64,000 bases of DNA, taken from the NCBI GenBank assembly GCA_964234715.1, contig OZ174284.1; one strand, given 5' to 3'. Both the position numbers and the translations under genes were made by a program. Within the stretch, counting starts at the first letter, position 1, and each line of letters starts with the position of its first letter. Below are positions 1 to 11,914 of this stretch, in pieces. The DNA is from Podarcis melisellensis. Its lineage: Eukaryota. Below the pieces are notes generated by a model. That model was not told the origin of the DNA. It saw only the letters and a program-made list of their open reading frames with translations, and did not search any database.

Positions 1-106
1 TATTGTCTACCCAGCAGCCTTTCCCAGCCCTCCTTAGAGACACTAGGGACTTACAAGTGGGACTTTCTACTTGCAAAGGACGCAATCTGCTTCTGAGCCA
101 AAGCCC
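1..106 (-). mobile_element. Degenerate tRNA-derived SINE (Squam2-like), 5' part
   Basis: The reverse complement reads gggctttggctcagaagcagattgcgtcctttgcaagtagaaagtccca...gggctgggaaaggctgctgggtagacaata. It resembles the SINE at 46872-47063. Confidence 0.45.
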
Positions 107-1786
107 TTTCCCTTTGGTCATGTCATATGGATCAGATTTCAAATCAAATTATGAAATGTTGATACAAATCTTCCTCTAAGTAGTACACATCCCTGAAAAC
201 AACCACCATGAAAAAAAGCATTTGCTCAGACGGTTCTCACGGAAATAAATGGAATGGGAATATGTAAAGGAATCCCTCCCTTGCTTAATGCTTGCTGGCT
301 GTGACAATGCTTGTCTTATAACGAAGGACCACCCAAAGTGAATTACAGTTCCTTCAGCAACACTCCAGACAGGCACACCCACAGTTGTCTGTTTCTGCGG
401 CATGTAGGAGTTATGTAGGAGATGGAGTTTGCAAGGCGTCAAGCCAGTGTCATTTAACAGCATTTTAATGGAAATAATCTGGATTGGCTTAGGTGTAAAT
501 GGGCACCAAATTTGGCTCATTTAATGTATGTTCCAGGGGATAAGGAACTCTTATTCCAGCATGCTGTAACAGAAAAGACTTTAAAGTGTTTCAACAGAGT
601 TCATCTTTCCTTAATAAAGCTGGTCAACATAGCTGAGAAGCCAGAGCCCAAGTTGTAACAAAAGCTAATTTGCGGATAAATCTCACATTTAAAGGGGGGA
701 GGGTCAACCCTTCAATGCATACACATGCAGCTTTCATTATGTTAATGGAAACCACACTTGAACATCCAAGGGCTTCATTTCTTTTTCATTAGCAAAATTA
801 TGTAAGATAGATACACATTAAGTGCATTGAGGCAGCCAGTTGAACTAATTGTGAAAAGAAAACTCCAATGGAGTGGGTACTGAAACTGCTAGGACAGGGG
901 CATTTCTAACAAACAAACAAAATAAAATGGTAATTAAAAATACTGACCTAGAAAATATATGTTTGTGTAAGTGTGAAATAAATTATTCACACTCTTATAT
1001 TGCACAATTTAACCCCTTCCACAAGTGCAAATGTATTTCTTTAGATCTTTGTTTCACATTTCACATTTTCCACTGTTGGCTTCACACTGGTTTAATCCAT
1101 AGATTGGCAAACCCAGCAATACAAGAAAACATTGTTTAACAAAAGCTTACAATTATGAAAGTGAAAGCTGCTACTATCTTCATTTTGTATTTTTGTCAAG
1201 AAATTAGAAATGATGTCATCAGTATCTCTCATGTGAAATTCTAAGTTTCTGATCTGACTGGAAAGAGCATTTATCAAAGAGGAAAATGATGTTTTGATTT
1301 ATGAAACCACCAGAAACTGTTCTTTAGATTTATGTCTATAGGCTGCTCAGCCTTCACACTTCACAAGAAGTTAAAAAATGCAGTGCAATACTGTACAATA
1401 TTAAAATACCAGGATGAAACAAAGAAAGAGGTGCATGAAAACTGTTTAACCAAACTCACTTAGCTTAGCATTACTAATATACAACAACTTACATGCCACA
1501 CATAAAGAGTCCAGTTTTGAAGGCCACAACTTATTTAAGAGACTTGGGTGAATACAATAGTTTTCACCTGGTGCTTAAAAGACCCCAACAATGGAATTAG
1601 GTGCCACCACCAAGAGCTACTTCACTTCACTTGGCAGGGGAAACTCAGAGCAGGACTATGAAGAGGATCCTCAGGTTTAGGAAGATATATTCAGGAGCAA
1701 GCAATCTTTAAGACAGCTGGCACTATAAAATGCTTGAGTTAGGACATGCCCACCATTATTTTCAAATACGTGATGTGAATTTAGAG

Positions 1787-1918
1787 CAGATATGGGGAAC
1801 TTTTGAACCTCCAGATGTTGCTGAATTGTGATTCCCATCAGCCTCAGCAAACATGGTCAATGGCCAGGGATGATCGGACCTCAGCAACACCTGGAAGGCC
1901 AAACATTTCCCACAACTG
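1787..1918. mobile_element. Old palindromic hAT-type MITE
   Basis: CAG...CTG termini, internal ctccagatgttgctga / tcagcaacacctggaag inverted arms, and a degenerate 8-bp TSD (atttagag / acctagag). Same family as 14431 and 24256. Confidence 0.6.
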
Positions 1919-2854
1919 ACCTAGAGTAAGAACTCTCATCATGAATCCACTTTGTCACTTTTCTCTTCTCTTTGAAGTCACATCAGCTGCTGGGCTGGTA
2001 TTTGACTGCAAGGTGCCTTAAACTTAGACTTTCCAGTACCAATTGATAAAGTTACATGGGAAACAAGTTTGCAGAATTTGTAAGAACAGAATAGCAGATT
2101 CTGTATTCAGTGCATCATTTGCAATACACACTGAGTGCAAGCCTGCTTCTTTAGCAAAGTTTTTCCCAAACCACCCTAACTTGATCTGGATTGCTGTCCA
2201 TACCCATCTAAAAGTAATTTCCAGGTGTCAGTCCCCCACCCATCACCCCCTGTGATAATATGCTTTTGCAGGTGATTGACAAGCTCAGTGATGTTATGGA
2301 ATAAAAGAAGCACAGTTCTGGAACTTTTTTTCAGATCAGGAGCGATGATATCATCCACAGGAGCACTTGGGTAATTTATGGACCTTCCTTGTTCTGGCAA
2401 GTGAATGAGTTGATAATGAGGCTTTTGAGCTTTTCTGTGACAGATCAGCATAGAGTTAGTGAAGGAGGCAAAATATCTAGCAGAGGCTGGATGTTCCCCT
2501 TCCCCTTTCCTTTCATGGGGTTCCTACTTCCTGCTAGTGGTTTAAATGGTAATATTTCTTTGCAGGATTTCTAAGGAGTTAATTAAACTATATATTAATT
2601 ATTGTGATTAGCATAAAAAATTAAAATCTCAAAGCAAAATGTTTCAGCTTCCACTGTCTGCAGCTGCTTGGTTTTGAATGTGAGTATATATAATGGATCA
2701 ACACAGCTGCCTGTGTTTTTGGACCCTCATTAGGAGCATGGCTAGGCTGGCTGTTGTGATAAGCTCCAACACTTCAGAATGAACCATCAAACCACTGGGC
2801 AAACTGGTGTTTCAGACAGCTACAACCTAGGTGCCATTTGCCCTAAACATTGAG

Positions 2855-3568
2855 CTTACCTGGTGGCAGTGAAGGCAGCAAAAAAAAAATATTTGGCTGC
2901 CTCCATTGCATCCTCATTGTGCCATCCAGCAGATATTTTCCAGATAGTGTGGGGCCTTTTACTGCCTGGCCCAAAAAGAGGTGAAAGCAGCTCACTGTGA
3001 CTTGCTCACAAAGCATTTTGAGGATAAAATTGCTTGCATCTTGCTCAGACCTTGACTCTGCTGTTACAACAGATAAATCTTGAGAGGTGTCCAGAGCATG
3101 TCTAGTCCTGTTATGTTGGATGAGTTTCAGTTAGTAACGGGTGAGGATGTGGAAAAGGTGCTTGGACCACTTACAGAAGCTAGACTGGTTACTGGGAGTG
3201 GCTGCTGAGACCATATAACACTGGTCCTGAAAGACATACATTGGTTCCCAGTAAGTTTCTTAGCACAATTCAAAGTGTTGGTGCTCACCTTTAAAGCCCT
3301 AAATGGCCTTGGCTCAGTATACCTGAAGGAGCATCTCCACCCCCATCGTTCAGCCCAGGCACTGAGGTCCAGCTTCAAGGGCCTTCTGGTGGTTCCCTCA
3401 CTGTGAGAAGTGAGGTTGCAGGGAACCAGGCAGAGGGCCTTCTTGGTAGTGGCACCTGCCCTGTGATGAACTCCCACCAGATGTTAAGGAAATAAACAAC
3501 TATCTGACTTTTAGAAGACATCTGAAGGATATTTTGTTGGAAGCTGCCCAGAGTGGCTAGGGAAACAA
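2855..3568 (+). mobile_element. Degenerate L2 LINE with internal deletions (RT domain missing)
   Basis: Translates to L2 ORF2-like pieces YLVAVKAAKKKYLAASIASSLCHPADIFQIV, HFEDKIACI and LDEFQLVTGEDVEKVLG. It then jumps to the post-RT ARLVTG..DHITLVLKDIHWFPV..FKVLVLTFKALNGLG, followed by an L2 3'UTR-like gctgcccagagtggct. Confidence 0.8.
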
Positions 3569-3572
3569 CATT

Positions 3573-3802
3573 TGTCATTGTTCCTGACCAGACCTTGCTG
3601 CTTCTTGCTTGACTTTGGACCCTTGGCTTTCTTGACCTCAGATCGTCTGACTATGTGAACTGAGATACTCCTGACCTTAGGACTGGACTGGACCTTGTAT
3701 ATGGACTCTGCCTCCAGCCAAGTACCTCCCTGAGTCTCAGCTGGTTGGCTGGCTTCTCCATCCACTGAGCTCTACCATGGCTGGCAGCACAGGAGTATGA
3801 CA
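3573..3802 (+). mobile_element. Possible solo-LTR remnant (Gypsy-like)
   Basis: TGTCAT...ATGACA inverted termini and internal gacctt/ggactggact repeats. No clean TSD. Confidence 0.35.
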
Positions 3803-5884
3803 ATTTCCCTTGCAGAATTCATCTCCAGAGTACCAGGCACACATGGAACTCTGTCATTCCCATTCATTTCAATTCCATTTGAGAAGCTGAAGAAGACCCT
3901 ACCACTGCCACCAATTGTGGCGGATCCCACCCCTCATAACTCTTTATATTCAATGTGTATTTACAATGGGATAGAAATGCTGTTCAATGTAAGGAAGCTT
4001 TCACATATGGAACAGATCTCCAGATTTGGATATATAAGTAGATGCCAATACCATTTTTATTTGAGTCATTCCTGAAAAAATAAAAGCACTATATCCAGGA
4101 AATAATGTGGAGTTCCGAATGCCATTTAAAAAGAAAGAAAGGTGGAACAAGGAGTGGGGGAAAGAATGAAAACAACAATTTTTCACAGAAACAAGGAACA
4201 TTAGAAAAACACAACACTATTACTGATATGAAAGCATTTTAGCATTACAGAATGGTTTTATGCAAAGCATGGGTCATACTCTACATTAAGATTCCTCTCA
4301 TTATAAATAAATAATTGCTAATGAACTTTAGAATAAATACTTAATTAAACAATATGAATAGGTCAGGAGGTTGCTCATGGAAATGCTTTTATAACATTAT
4401 TAAACTTTTCTATTGCTTAGGATAACATCTATTAATCATTTCAATCCCATTTGAGGAGTGGAATCTTAATGTAAAATGTTACTGAACTGGCCATTTGTGC
4501 CAAAATGTATCAAAAGATAACACTCAAAATGCATTATGAGATGATTTGACTGCAATGAGTGACAAATTACTCCAGACCACAATGCCATTACTCCAGGGCA
4601 ATTCATTCGGCTTTAATAAAATTGATGTGAGATGCATAGGTTATAGACTGCAGCTAATTATAGTAATTATTGCCACTTCTAATCAAGTAGAGTAGGCCTG
4701 GCAAGTACTGGAGTAGGAAAACAGAAAGTGGGCAAATCCAGTTTAAAAACAAAGACAATTTCAGCTATCAGAAAGGGTTATGAATTGTACGTGTCCTGTT
4801 ATATCACTGAGCTTGCACTACACAATGACAATGAAACAGGAGAGATGCAGCCAGCTATCTGCTGTTACTCTGTATTTGTAATGTGTGGCATGATGCTTGT
4901 AGTTAGATTTAGTGATCACAGTGGCTTAGCTTTCCAAATACAGTAAGCTTAGCTGGCAATCCTTTACTAACTAGAGGCAGCCATGGGGAATGTAGATCCC
5001 AACTCGATAAGCGCTATAGTGTTAATGGAAATAAAGCTAGCAGTAAGCATTTGGATGTTTTCCAGCACTGATTAGAGTACACAAGGAACAAAGGGCTCAT
5101 TTGAAATGCAGATGTAACATTTTGGTGGCACTGTCTCTAGACAAGGTTGTTCTGGTTTAGCAAAGTTTCTAATGCCAGCGCTTAGCGTCTGAAGTGTTTG
5201 CTTATGTCAGTTACCTGCTCTGTTAAGACCAAGTGCTCCTGTAGCTGGCAATGTGGTCAGCCTGGAAACAGCTCCATTTGCAATTCCTTTCTCTGGCTGA
5301 CTAGCATTCAGATCTGAAAAGGCCAAGGGATGGGGGTAGGGAAAGAGAGGGAAGAAACTGATATCCTTTCTTCTCTTGGCTTCCCAAGGAATCTTTCAAG
5401 ACCCTTGAAAGTGTGCTTCCCACTGAGTCATCTTGCTGAATAATCCTTGATGAATGTCTTTATATCCCCTCACCCCCACCCCCTGCCAAATAGCAAAATA
5501 AAGTCTTGATGAGGATTCCAGCTGTGAGCTGGATTATACCAGTTAAGTTAGTAACACTCTGATGACCCCCTTCATTCTGTTATTCCTGATTCATGCTGCT
5601 ATATTGCATTTCAATGGTTGGCTAGGGAGAAAAAATATGACTACTATTTCTTTTTAATTAGATACAGTAGTATAAAATCTACTGGGGAAATTTTATTGCC
5701 AGGAATACACAGAGTCCACCACAAACGCAGATGCTATTCTGCATCCTGGTTCCTCGTCTGAGCTATTGTGGCATCTTTTCTGTGCAGAGCAATTCAATAC
5801 AAAGATTATATACATCATGATATTTCAGAGTCCCAGGTCCACAGAAGTGAGGGAATGCAAGCAATGCAACATTACTGATGCACT

Positions 5885-6223
5885 AAAGGTAAAGGCAAAG
5901 GGACCCCTGACCATTAGGTCCAGTCGTGACCGACTCTGGGGTTGCGGCGCTCAACTCGCTTTATTGGCTGAAGGAGCCACATGACAGCTTCCGGGTCATG
6001 TGGCCAGCATGCCTGGCGAACCAGAGCAGCGCATGGAAATGCCGTTTACCTTCCCGCCGGAGCAGTACCTATTTATCTACTTGCACTTTGATGTGCTTTC
6101 GAACTGCTAAGTTGGCAGGAGTAGGGACCGAGCAACGGGAGCTCACCCCGTTGCGGGGATTCGAACCTTCTGATCGGCAAGTCCTAGTCTCCGTGGTTTA
6201 ACACACAGTGTCACCCACAACCC
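5885..6223 (-). mobile_element. Sauria SINE
   Basis: On the minus strand: tRNA-derived head with a GGTTCGAATCC B-box, the Sauria body, and an (ACCTTT)n-type tail. TSD tgatgcacta at 5876-5885 and 6229-6238. Confidence 0.92.
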
Positions 6224-6299
6224 TCCATTGATGCACTACTTGTTTGCTAATGCCTACTGATATCAAGCAGGTGCCTTCACTGTACAGTTTTCAATACTA

Positions 6300-6625
6300 A
6301 TGGGGATGAGTCAATCTGTCAATTTTGTTTTCTCATTTTTAAAAATCTTAAATATAGTTACCCATGTTTCCATATAATTTCGCAGGTCCTCATGAAAACT
6401 CATCAGAATTTAGTATGAAGTTCCTCTTAATATACATATTTTTGTTTGCAATTTTCGCCAACACACTTTTTTTTTTGCAATGCAGTTTTTCCTAAAATGA
6501 GGCATTTTCTCAGGCTATTTCCATCAATATATGCATTTTTATGCTCCTTTTACCCTAATGCATGCACTTTGTACACACTACTTGGTTGAAGAACTGCATT
6601 GCAAAATTCAGAGTTTTCATAGCTT
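6300..6625 (+). mobile_element. Old non-autonomous interspersed repeat (family shared with 49160-49513 and 56170-56592)
   Basis: gaagaactgcattgcaaaattcaga here matches ggagaactacactgcaaaattcagg at ~49374 and a reverse-complement copy at ~56275. Confidence 0.5.
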
Positions 6626-6893
6626 CCCCTCAAAGGATTTAGTTTGCCCCTCACAGAACTACAATTCTCTACAGTTCCCAGGATTCTTTGAGGGAAAGTG
6701 GTATGATTCTGCTTTAAATGTATAGTGCAGATGGGACCTAAGTTACAGGAGAATATATTTCACCCGAGCATCCAGAGACACATCTTAAAGATAAGAGCAG
6801 TTTGACAATGTGACCAGCTGAAAATGCAACCAGTTACCTGGAAAGGGGATTGGTTCTTCTTTGCTGGGGCTTTTCAAGTCAAATTTTCTTGTT

Positions 6894-6950
6894 CTGGATT
6901 TCCTGCATCAAGCAGGGTGCTGGACTAGGAGACCCCCCTACAACTCTATG
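6894..6950 (+). mobile_element. CR1 LINE 3' end remnant
   Basis: tttcctgcatcaagcagggtgctggactag...caactctatg resembles the CR1 3'UTR at 17193-17250. Confidence 0.5.
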
Positions 6951-9773
6951 GTGTATGCATGTAAAAGTGTTTGAATTATGTCCATTCGTGTGAAATTAGG
7001 TTTATAATAAGTGGACGCTTTTCTCTCTCTTACCTTTAGAGTGCTAATGTGCAAAATGATTCACGATCCTTACTGCAGTAATTCTCACAACGCTTCTAGA
7101 TAAGTGTTTAATATCCCCAAGTGAGGTACTGGGATTTCATTCAATGTTTCCCAGGTCTGATGCCAACCCATGAATTATTGTACTACACATTTGCTCTTTC
7201 AGTACTTTGTAGAAATGACTACATCAAGAGACCCAGGCTCTCCTCCCTGCATATGGTCTCCATGCGGTTCTCTTGCTTTGGGCTGAGAGGACCCACCGCA
7301 GAGCAGCTCCAGGAATAACACTAGATTTCCCATGAAGCACATAGAAAAGAGGACCAAAAATAAAAAATGAGGTGATGGAATGCTGGGAGAGTAGTCAGCT
7401 ATGTGGCAGATGCACTCGCCAAGCCCCATGTGTGGAAAAGAAGCCATCAGCTGTGGTAGGAGCAGCTGGAAAACAGCTGTTCTTGTTCTCTTAAGTCTGC
7501 CACCAAAAAGATGGTTACATTGGAATGAGGCCCCCAAATACATCTATTTTTAGGACTTTCATGGGCCATTTCACGTAGAGCATTACTCCATATTAATTGG
7601 TTGCACATATTAATGGCGGCAAAAATACAGACTGATTATGTGTGCAGAAACACTGCATATGCTTAATAAAAGAAATAATGCCAAATCTTTTGAACCCACT
7701 GTTGACGATTGTCTACACACCATATATTTTAAGCATGTATCCCCACCCCAAAGCATCCTGGGAATTATAGTATGCCCCTAAAGAGCCACACTTCTCAGCA
7801 CCCTTAACAAACTCCAGTTCCAAGGAATCATGGAGGGTGCTTTAAATGTTTGGTTACGTATGCAGACAATGGGTGTTTAAAACTTTTCAGAAATGCTTCT
7901 ATTTTTGAAAGTCATATAAGCAGCTCACTGTGGGCCTTAAGGGGACCACATTTACAGACTGAAGAACTTTGTGTTGTGCAGGGCTGGGGGAAAAGAAGTC
8001 TATAATGTCTGTATCATGACTTCCAATCTTAACATTGCTTTTCTATTTCTATTAATGTTGCTATTGCAACTCCAAACCCAAAGCGGTTTCAGAATGTCCA
8101 CCATTGTGTGTGTGTGTAGGTGTGTAAGGAGAGCTTCAAGATGTACTTGCTTCTAAGTTCAGAAACTTTCAATCCTGAAATCCTTACCAAGGGATGGCCA
8201 TAACTCTTGTGGTACAGCCTCTGTTTTGTAGTGAGAGAGGTTAGGAAACAGGGAAATGTTGGTCTCTCAGGGCAAGAGATTGGAAGGAGAAAGGAAAGAT
8301 TCCAGGTGAGAGCTGGGAGGGGCTAGTACCTTCTGTGGGTGGCAAGGGTTAATAACTACTTTTAAGAGAGGATTCTATATTTTTACTTTTTGTAGCTGCT
8401 TTTGTTTTTTATTTACATTGGTTTTCTATATCTTATTGAATTGTGGAAAAAATTTAATAAAAATCTTAACGGTAGAAGGTCCCAGATTCAGTCTCTGGCA
8501 TCTTTAGGTATGGCTCAGACAACCGGAAAACCACTGCCAGTCGGCGTAGAAGGTACCAAAACTGGCTGAAACAACCAAATGGTCTTAGCCAGTTTTGCCA
8601 CCTCATTTCTCATCTAGGCCAGGCCACTCAGTTCCTCTGTTTCTCACACAGGGTGGCCCCCACTCTGCACCAAAAGACTCTCAATTTGTGACTTTTGAGC
8701 AATTTAAGATTATTCACTTTCATAATCCAACCCTTCTCAAGTTCTTGCATCATCCTTCTTGTTTAAGATTTTGGAGCAGTCATTTGAAATGATCCACAGA
8801 AAGCTGGAGAAGGTTAAGAGGAGCAATCTCTGCTCCCAAAGTTTCATCACTGTTGACTAATTTCAAAGATTAATGCCTCTTCCTGGATATTTCAACCTCC
8901 ATTGAAGCTATTCAGCAGAGATGTCTTACCTATCAACAGCTGTGCCTTATGAGAATACAAAAATGACATTAGCAATAATTAATTCTATTGGTAACCACAT
9001 ATGCTTTTCCACATAGCAAATAAACCACAATGGTCCAAACAAAACAATATGTTTCATTTAGACCTCCCCTGAGGCATACATTTTTACACAACATACTGGT
9101 TGTGTAAACTGCATATTCTAGTAATCCAGTTAAACATGTTTTAGTTTACTGGCCCCACAATTAATTTTTTTCAAAGAGATTTACAGTGCAATCCTATTCA
9201 TGTCTTTACAAATACATCTCACTGAGTTCTGTGGGATTTACATTGAAGTGCACATAAGTGGTTTTAACTACAGCTAGGTGGTTTCCCTCCACTGTGTTTG
9301 TATTCACATACTCATGCACACACCATGGGGTGGGGGGCAATGTCTTCACTCTTCAGTTTTTGTGTCCTTGTAACCCCCCCCAACTCTTATTCATGAAGTC
9401 ACCTGCACACGTGCTGTCATCCATGCATGTGCAATGGCTGTCTCAACCAGACACACCACAGTTTAATTGTGAAGTGAATGTGGCTTATGTTTTCCTTTTA
9501 GATTGAAACTGGTTTCAGAGGTGGATTTAGGGGGGCACGACAGGTTCAGTCACACTTGGAATGGAGCCTTAAGGGTGCTGCAGGGAATGCCACAACTATT
9601 ATTTAGAATAGCGGTCAAGAAGCTCAGGGGTGTCAAGTTTTTGTGTTACACAGGGCGCCGCTGAAATCTAAGACCACAAGGCCTGCCACTGCTAGTTTAA
9701 GGGGTGACACATCACCCAACACAATTGAGTGTTTGGGGGGCGGCTTGGTTAACTTAATTGTATACAGTTTGTA

Positions 9774-10014
9774 CAGTGGTACCTCGGGTTACATATGCTT
9801 CAGGTTACATATGCTTCAGGTTACAGACTCCGCTAACTCAGAAATAGTACCTTGGGTTAAGAACCTTGCTTCAGGGTGAGAACAGAAATCATGCTCCGGT
9901 GGCGCGGCAGAGCAGGAGGCCCCATTAGCTAAAGTGGTGCTTCAGGTTAAGAACAGTTTCAGGTTAAGAACAGACCTCCAGAATGAATTAAGTACTTAAC
10001 CCAAGGTAACACTG
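9774..10014 (+). mobile_element. Tc1/mariner (Tigger-like) MITE
   Basis: TIRs CAGTGGTACCTCGGGTTA / TAACCCAAGGTAACACTG with a TA TSD on both sides. Internal cttcaggtta repeats. Three copies in the window. Confidence 0.88.
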
Positions 10015-10028
10015 TACATTGACAATAA

Positions 10029-10031
<3 letters not shown>

Positions 10032-10080
<49 letters not shown>
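10032..10080. repeat. (TAT)n microsatellite, probably a retroelement tail
   Basis: About 16 TAT units directly after tgacaataaaag. Confidence 0.9.
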
Positions 10081-10081
<1 letters not shown>

Positions 10082-11078
10082 GCATTTCTCAAGAAACTAC
10101 AGGTAGCTTAGCATCATGGGTAAGATCATGTGTACACAGATTCAAAAGCCAGCAATGGGAGCCCACTGAAGTCAGAGTAAATGTCAATGTGTACACAGCC
10201 TTAATGTGATTACAGTTTCAAATACCTAACGTTAGTAGATTTAATATACAACCATGTTCTCTGAAATCTTTAGATCTACAGACCCAACACTGTTTAATTC
10301 ACCATTGTACAAAGTGAGACAGAAAACATTTTGGATCTGCTTATATTTAAGATATGTTGGACACGATCGGAGTTCTTTGTTAAAGCAATTAATGCTGCTT
10401 GGAGACTGGAGAGAGGAAACATCCAAGGTGTTAAAGGAAATCACCCCGCATGCTCTGGAATAACAATTATTTTTTAAATCTATGTGATTAAAACAAAGTT
10501 GAACATGAAAATGCCCAAGTGAGAAGAGATCTAAGCCCAGCCAAGTAGCTAAAATTGTCACGGCTTTTCAAACTTTCCAGTTGTCTCTGTCATGGGGAAG
10601 CATTAGGGTTTCACAATGTAGGAAGACCTTGTAGTCTTTTGTGAAGGACACAGTGGTCAGGAGCTATAAAAATATTTACACCATGTGAGGGCAAAATGGG
10701 CTGACATTTCAGCACAATATTCATTTGCAACTGCTATGAGAAAAGTGTGGTTAGTGCCCATTGTTCCTGTGCAAAATGCACACATAATATGAGGCCAGTT
10801 AAGTAATTACTAATATTATAATGCTTCTGTGGGCATATTAAATCGTAATAGCTCTATGTTGGAGCTCATGTGAGACTTGGAGAGTGTCCTAAGATTTAGA
10901 AGATAGTCTTCTGGATGTAAAATGAATGTTAGATATCAAAATTTGTTGAAGTACCCTTTAAGGTCAAAGAATTCAGGTGCAGCTTTAACAATTGACATTC
11001 TTCTGTTTATTTCAAACCAGGCCAACTGTAACTCCTGGTGACCATCACTATGGAGGGGTTTGGGTACAGATAGTGATA

Positions 11079-11320
11079 CAGTGGTACCTCAGGTTAAGTA
11101 CTTAATTTGTTCCAGAGGTCCGCAGTTAACCTGAAACTGTTCTTAACCTGAAGCACCACTTTAGCTAATGGGGCCTCCTGCTGCTGCTGCGCCACCAGAG
11201 CACAATTTCTGTTCTCATCCTGAAGCAAAGTTCTTAACCTGAAGCACTATTTCTGGGTTAGCGGAGTCTGTAACCTGAAGCGTATGTAACCTGAAGCATA
11301 TGTAACCTGACGTACCACTG
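11079..11320 (-). mobile_element. Tc1/mariner (Tigger-like) MITE
   Basis: Reverse-complement copy of 9774-10014. TIRs CAGTGGTAC / GTACCACTG, TA TSD. Confidence 0.88.
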
Positions 11321-11382
11321 TACTTATGTTACACAGTTTTTAAAACCAATAAAGCATATATATATATATAAACACTAACAGA

Positions 11383-11549
11383 TAGGATTGCCTTATTTCC
11401 AGAAGTCAAAAATGGGACACCTTGGAAGTTGATTGACTTGCCTATGATCCAGTTCAAAGCGCCCCCTTTTGGAAATTTCTCCCAGGAACCCCCCTCCACC
11501 TTTGGAATCCTGGTAACATCCTGGAAAATCTGGACGAACTGCAGCCCTA
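11383..11549. mobile_element. Degenerate MITE (TAGGGTTGCC-type termini)
   Basis: taggattgcc...tgcagcccta termini, with subterminal ttccaga / ctggaaaa inverted motifs. Confidence 0.45.
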
Positions 11550-11876
11550 CGGACGGATAGATGCATTTGCATTTAATAAGAAAGAGGTATACTGGAATTC
11601 TGAGAATTTGTTGAATATTCATTCTTATTTGTTTGCACAAATGTTATGCAGTGGTTAAACTATGCTGGGTCTTCATTTGTCCTGATCTGTTTGTGTGATG
11701 GCTCAGAGTCTTCCTGTTAAAGATTAATCCATCTCATAGTTTCCCATCTCTTTTCTCAGGGTAAAAATTCCATTATATATATATATATATATATGCTTTC
11801 GTAGATTTTCACGGGTACAGGAATGCAGGTTTTGGTGTCCTCGGGTGTCTTCCCGTGTAAAAGTTGGGGTGTCTAG

Positions 11877-11914
11877 GCGACGTTTCGACGAGGTCTCACT
11901 CGTCATCTTCAGGC
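11877..11914 (-). ncRNA. Minimal hammerhead ribozyme motif in PLE pLTR (copy 1)
   Basis: Sense sequence gc-CTGAAGA-t-GACGAG-tgagac-CTCGTC-GAAAC-GTC-gc: core boxes, a 6-bp stem II and a GUC cleavage triplet. Confidence 0.75.

Noticed and set aside
7121-7318. ORF with LCRNDYI behind an acceptor-like ctctttcag, reminiscent of an LMO4 LIM-domain segment
   Set aside because: The similarity is limited to 7 residues, the downstream sequence lacks LIM Cys/His spacing, and no partner exons are seen.
9790-9970. Repeated cttcaggtta units as a CRISPR-like array
   Set aside because: These are short, irregular internal repeats of a TA-flanked MITE in a vertebrate genome, with no spacer architecture or cas genes.
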